Assembly: GCF_000039765.1 (NCBI RefSeq)
Contig: NC_004460.2
Location: 600,001 to 632,000 of the forward strand
Length of the DNA stretch: 32,000 nt
Reading direction: 5' to 3'
Origin: Vibrio vulnificus CMCP6
GTDB taxonomy: Bacteria > Pseudomonadota > Gammaproteobacteria > Enterobacterales > Vibrionaceae
Both the position numbers and the translations under genes were made by a program. This document shows, one piece after another, positions 29,768 through 32,000 of the stretch (position 1 is the first letter of the stretch; each line of letters starts with the position of its first letter). The notes under the pieces are model-generated. The model made no database searches. It was not told where the DNA came from and saw only the letters and a list, made by a program, of their open reading frames with translations.

Positions 29768-30382
29768 TTAACAGGCCACCCACTCAACTTCCAATAAGGT
29801 GGTGTCACCACATTTAAGGCGACCTAAAAACACGTCGCCTTTATGCACTTCGCCCACCCCCTGAGGTGTGCCTGTCATCACGACATCGCCATCATCCAAT
29901 GTCACGTAACCTTTGAGCTCTTCCAGTACCGTTTGCGGTGAGTACAGCATTTGATTGACATGCCCTTTTTGTACGCGGACACAATTAATAAACAGTTCGA
30001 GGTTGAGATCGTCGCTAGCGATGCCTTTCAGTTCGATAAAGCGGCTGAGTACCGCAGCACCGTTAAAGGCTTTCGCTCGCTCCCATGGGAGGCCTTTTGC
30101 TTTGAGATAACTTTGTGTCTGTCGTTTGGTGAGATCTAAGCCGATGCCAACCCCCGCATACTGGCCGTTTTCAATCACAAAGCAGATCTCGGCTTCATAA
30201 TGAAGCGGCTCTTGATGGAAAGAATGCAATGTGCTGGTGACTGCCGACGCCGGCTTGTGAAACAGCACCATTTGTTCGGGAATTGTGTTTTGCAGCTCTT
30301 CAATATGCTCAACATAATTACGCCCAACGCAGAGCACTTTGCCCGGTTGCAAGGTTTTGTTTCTGAAGTGGATATGGCTCAT
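29768..30382 (-). CDS. Fumarylacetoacetate hydrolase family protein
   Basis: Start MSHIHFRNKTL at 30382; VLCVGRNYVEHIEEL, HYEAEICFVI, ALDDGDVVMTGTPQGVG-like LDDGDVVMTGTPQGVGEVHKGD. Confidence 0.92.
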   Translation of the reverse strand: MSHIHFRNKTLQPGKVLCVGRNYVEHIEELQNTIPEQMVLFHKPASAVTSTLHSFHQEPLHYEAEICFVIENGQYAGVGIGLDLTKRQTQSYLKAKGLPWERAKAFNGAAVLSRFIELKGIASDDLNLELFINCVRVQKGHVNQMLYSPQTVLEELKGYVTLDDGDVVMTGTPQGVGEVHKGDVFLGRLKCGDTTLLEVEWVAC

Positions 30383-30484
30383 TTCTCTTCCCTGAACAAA
30401 CACAAAAACGCGATTCTAAACTAGCCACTGATAAAGTGCTCAGAATCCAATCACAGAATCATCCAAAATGAGAAGCTCGATCCA

Positions 30485-30946
30485 TCAATTGAGCTTTTCG
30501 AGCACTTTTTCGCACAAACTTTTCAATGTCACCAACTCGTCAATGCTGAGATCGATACGACAAAGCATGTTTTGCGGCACCTGTTGAGCTTGCTGTTTCA
30601 GAGCTCTGCCTGCTTCCGTGAGAAACAGCTCTCTCACACGCTCGTCAGTTTGACCGCGGCGACGTTCAACAATGCCTTTTGCTTCTAAGCGCTTCAATAG
30701 CGGGGTTAAGGTGCCAGAATCAAGATGAAGCTTGACGCCTAAATCTTTCACATTGATGCCGTTTTGCTGCCACAAGACCAACAACACCAGATATTGTGAG
30801 TAGGTCAGATCCAACGCTTCAAGTAATGGTCGATAGGCACGGATCACTGCATTAGCCGCACTGTATAACGGGAAACATATTTGATTTTCCAGCAAAAGTT
30901 GCGCTTCAGAATCCCCTTGGCAACGGATAGTTTGTTCAGACATCAC
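30485..30946 (-). CDS. ohrR: MarR-family organic peroxide sensor OhrR
   Basis: LLLENQICFPLYSAANAVIRAYRPLLEALDLTYSQYLVLLVLW, LHLDSGTLTPLLKRLEAKGIVERRR; divergent from ohr. Confidence 0.93.
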   Translation of the reverse strand: MMSEQTIRCQGDSEAQLLLENQICFPLYSAANAVIRAYRPLLEALDLTYSQYLVLLVLWQQNGINVKDLGVKLHLDSGTLTPLLKRLEAKGIVERRRGQTDERVRELFLTEAGRALKQQAQQVPQNMLCRIDLSIDELVTLKSLCEKVLEKLN

Positions 30947-30962
30947 TCACCTCACAAAATAA

Positions 30963-31032
30963 ATTGTGCACAATATACTTGCAAACAACAAAAGGATCGA
31001 TATAAGATTGCAAACAATTAGATTGCACACAA
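30963..31032. promoter_or_regulatory. Candidate OhrR operator cluster in the ohrR-ohr intergenic region
   Basis: Four copies of TTGNNNNCAA: TTGTGCACAA (30964-30973), TTGCAAACAA (30979-30988), TTGCAAACAA (31008-31017), TTGCACACAA (31023-31032). Confidence 0.55.
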
Positions 31033-31057
31033 CTCAAATAACAAAGGAACATCGACC

Positions 31058-31480
31058 ATGAAAACACTTTACCAAACTTCCGCAACCGCTTCTGCTGGAC
31101 GAAACGGCCTTGTCAGTACTGACGACAAACTGCTGGAACTCAACCTAAGCTACCCGAAAGAAATGGGCGGAACAGGTGCTGCCACCAACCCAGAGCAGCT
31201 CTTCGCCGCAGGTTATGCCGCCTGTTTTTCTAATGCGATTTTGCATGTCGCCCGCGAAGGAAAAATAGCGATTAAACAAGCGCCTGTCACTGCGACGGTA
31301 GGCATTGGCCCGAATGAACAAGGCGGTTTTGCCCTAACGGTCTCACTGGCAGCAGAAATCGACCTGCCTGCGGATCAGGCGGTGAAATTAGTCGCCACGG
31401 CTCACCAAGTGTGTCCTTATTCTAATGCCGTTCGTGGCAATATTGACGTTCAGTTGTCAGTCAATGGCGTCGCAATTTAA
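31058..31480 (+). CDS. ohr: Organic hydroperoxide resistance protein
   Basis: 140 aa; KEMGGTGAATNPEQLFAAGYAACFSNA and VCPYSNAVRGNIDV, the two conserved Cys motifs of Ohr. Confidence 0.97.
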   Translation: MKTLYQTSATASAGRNGLVSTDDKLLELNLSYPKEMGGTGAATNPEQLFAAGYAACFSNAILHVAREGKIAIKQAPVTATVGIGPNEQGGFALTVSLAAEIDLPADQAVKLVATAHQVCPYSNAVRGNIDVQLSVNGVAI

Positions 31481-31518
31481 GTAAGGCACGCACTGCGAAT
31501 CACGCTTCAACATATAAA

Positions 31519-31545
31519 AAAGCCAGCAGTGACACTGCTGGCTTT
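31519..31545. terminator. Terminator between ohr and the converging porin gene
   Basis: AAAGCCAGCAG / TGACA / CTGCTGGCTTT. Confidence 0.8.
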
Positions 31546-31586
31546 CCACATGAGTGGACAATTGGACGGCTAAAAAATGTTAGCGC

Positions 31587-32000
31587 TTATAGGTAGTAGC
31601 GAGCACCTAGCATCCATTTGTCGTCTGCTTTTTCTTTGTAGTCACCAGAACCTTGTAGGTCAAACTGGTAGCCAGCAAAACCAACGAACTTCGGCGTGAA
31701 GTTGTACTCAGCTTGAACCGCTGACGTGCTGTATACACGCTTGCTTAGCTCTTCATCAATCACAGATTCGTAGTTAACGCTTAGGTTGATGCCGTTGTTT
31801 AGCGTGTAAGCCGCTAGCGCTTCGTAAGCTGACGTGTCTTTCAGTAGGTTACCGTCGCCAGAGTTCATGTACTCATTCATTGCGTAAACGCCCGCTAGGT
31901 ATAAGCCCTTGCCGTATGAGCCGTAAGTGGCACTGATAACATGAGATTCAGACGTTTTCGTGCCTACACCACCACCGTAGTTCACGTCACCCGTGTTGTA
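31587..32000 (-). CDS. Gram-negative general porin, C-terminal fragment; 5' part lies beyond the window
   Basis: Alternating beta-strand pattern GINLSVNYESV, STSAVQAEYNFTPKFVGFAGYQFDLQGSGDYKEKADDKWMLGARYYL; reading frame stays open to base 32000 (YNTGDVNYGGG). Confidence 0.8.
   Translation of the reverse strand, partial: YNTGDVNYGGGVGTKTSESHVISATYGSYGKGLYLAGVYAMNEYMNSGDGNLLKDTSAYEALAAYTLNNGINLSVNYESVIDEELSKRVYSTSAVQAEYNFTPKFVGFAGYQFDLQGSGDYKEKADDKWMLGARYYL

Noticed and set aside
1-32000. Defence island, prophage, integron, CRISPR or transposon
   Set aside because: No transposase, integrase, phage, toxin-antitoxin, nuclease or reverse transcriptase motifs seen; no regularly spaced repeats. 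Gene content is core metabolic and respiratory.

Overview
This window looks like ordinary Vibrio-type gammaproteobacterial chromosome, densely packed with housekeeping and metabolic genes. From left to right it contains: the 3' end of a sulfurtransferase (SseA-like); a Cache-GGDEF-EAL protein; a GH18 chitinase; a SorC/DeoR-family regulator; transaldolase and transketolase; a cupredoxin-like secreted protein overlapping a second GGDEF-EAL membrane protein; an Aer-like PAS chemoreceptor; DAHP synthase; an OmpA-family protein; a cytochrome c oxidase operon (subunit II with fused cytochrome c, subunit I, CtaG/Cox11, subunit III, SURF1, a small CxxxC protein, CtaA, CtaB); a phosphohexomutase; a GNAT acetyltransferase; a LysE exporter; an AraC-family regulator with AzlC/AzlD; an FAH-family hydrolase; the OhrR/Ohr pair; and a truncated porin. 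I found no CRISPR array, tRNA, rRNA, transposase, integrase or phage gene, and no convincing undescribed defence or mobile system. The observations most worth a second look are (a) a + strand DUF2909-type gene inside the - strand cytochrome oxidase gene run, starting head-to-head with SURF1; (b) a SCO-like CxxxC protein in that run; (c) a translationally coupled cupredoxin/c-di-GMP pair; (d) a repeated GCAATTTTGTACAA motif upstream of both the AraC-type regulator and azlC; and (e) the long talB leader region with repeats and a tiny ORF.
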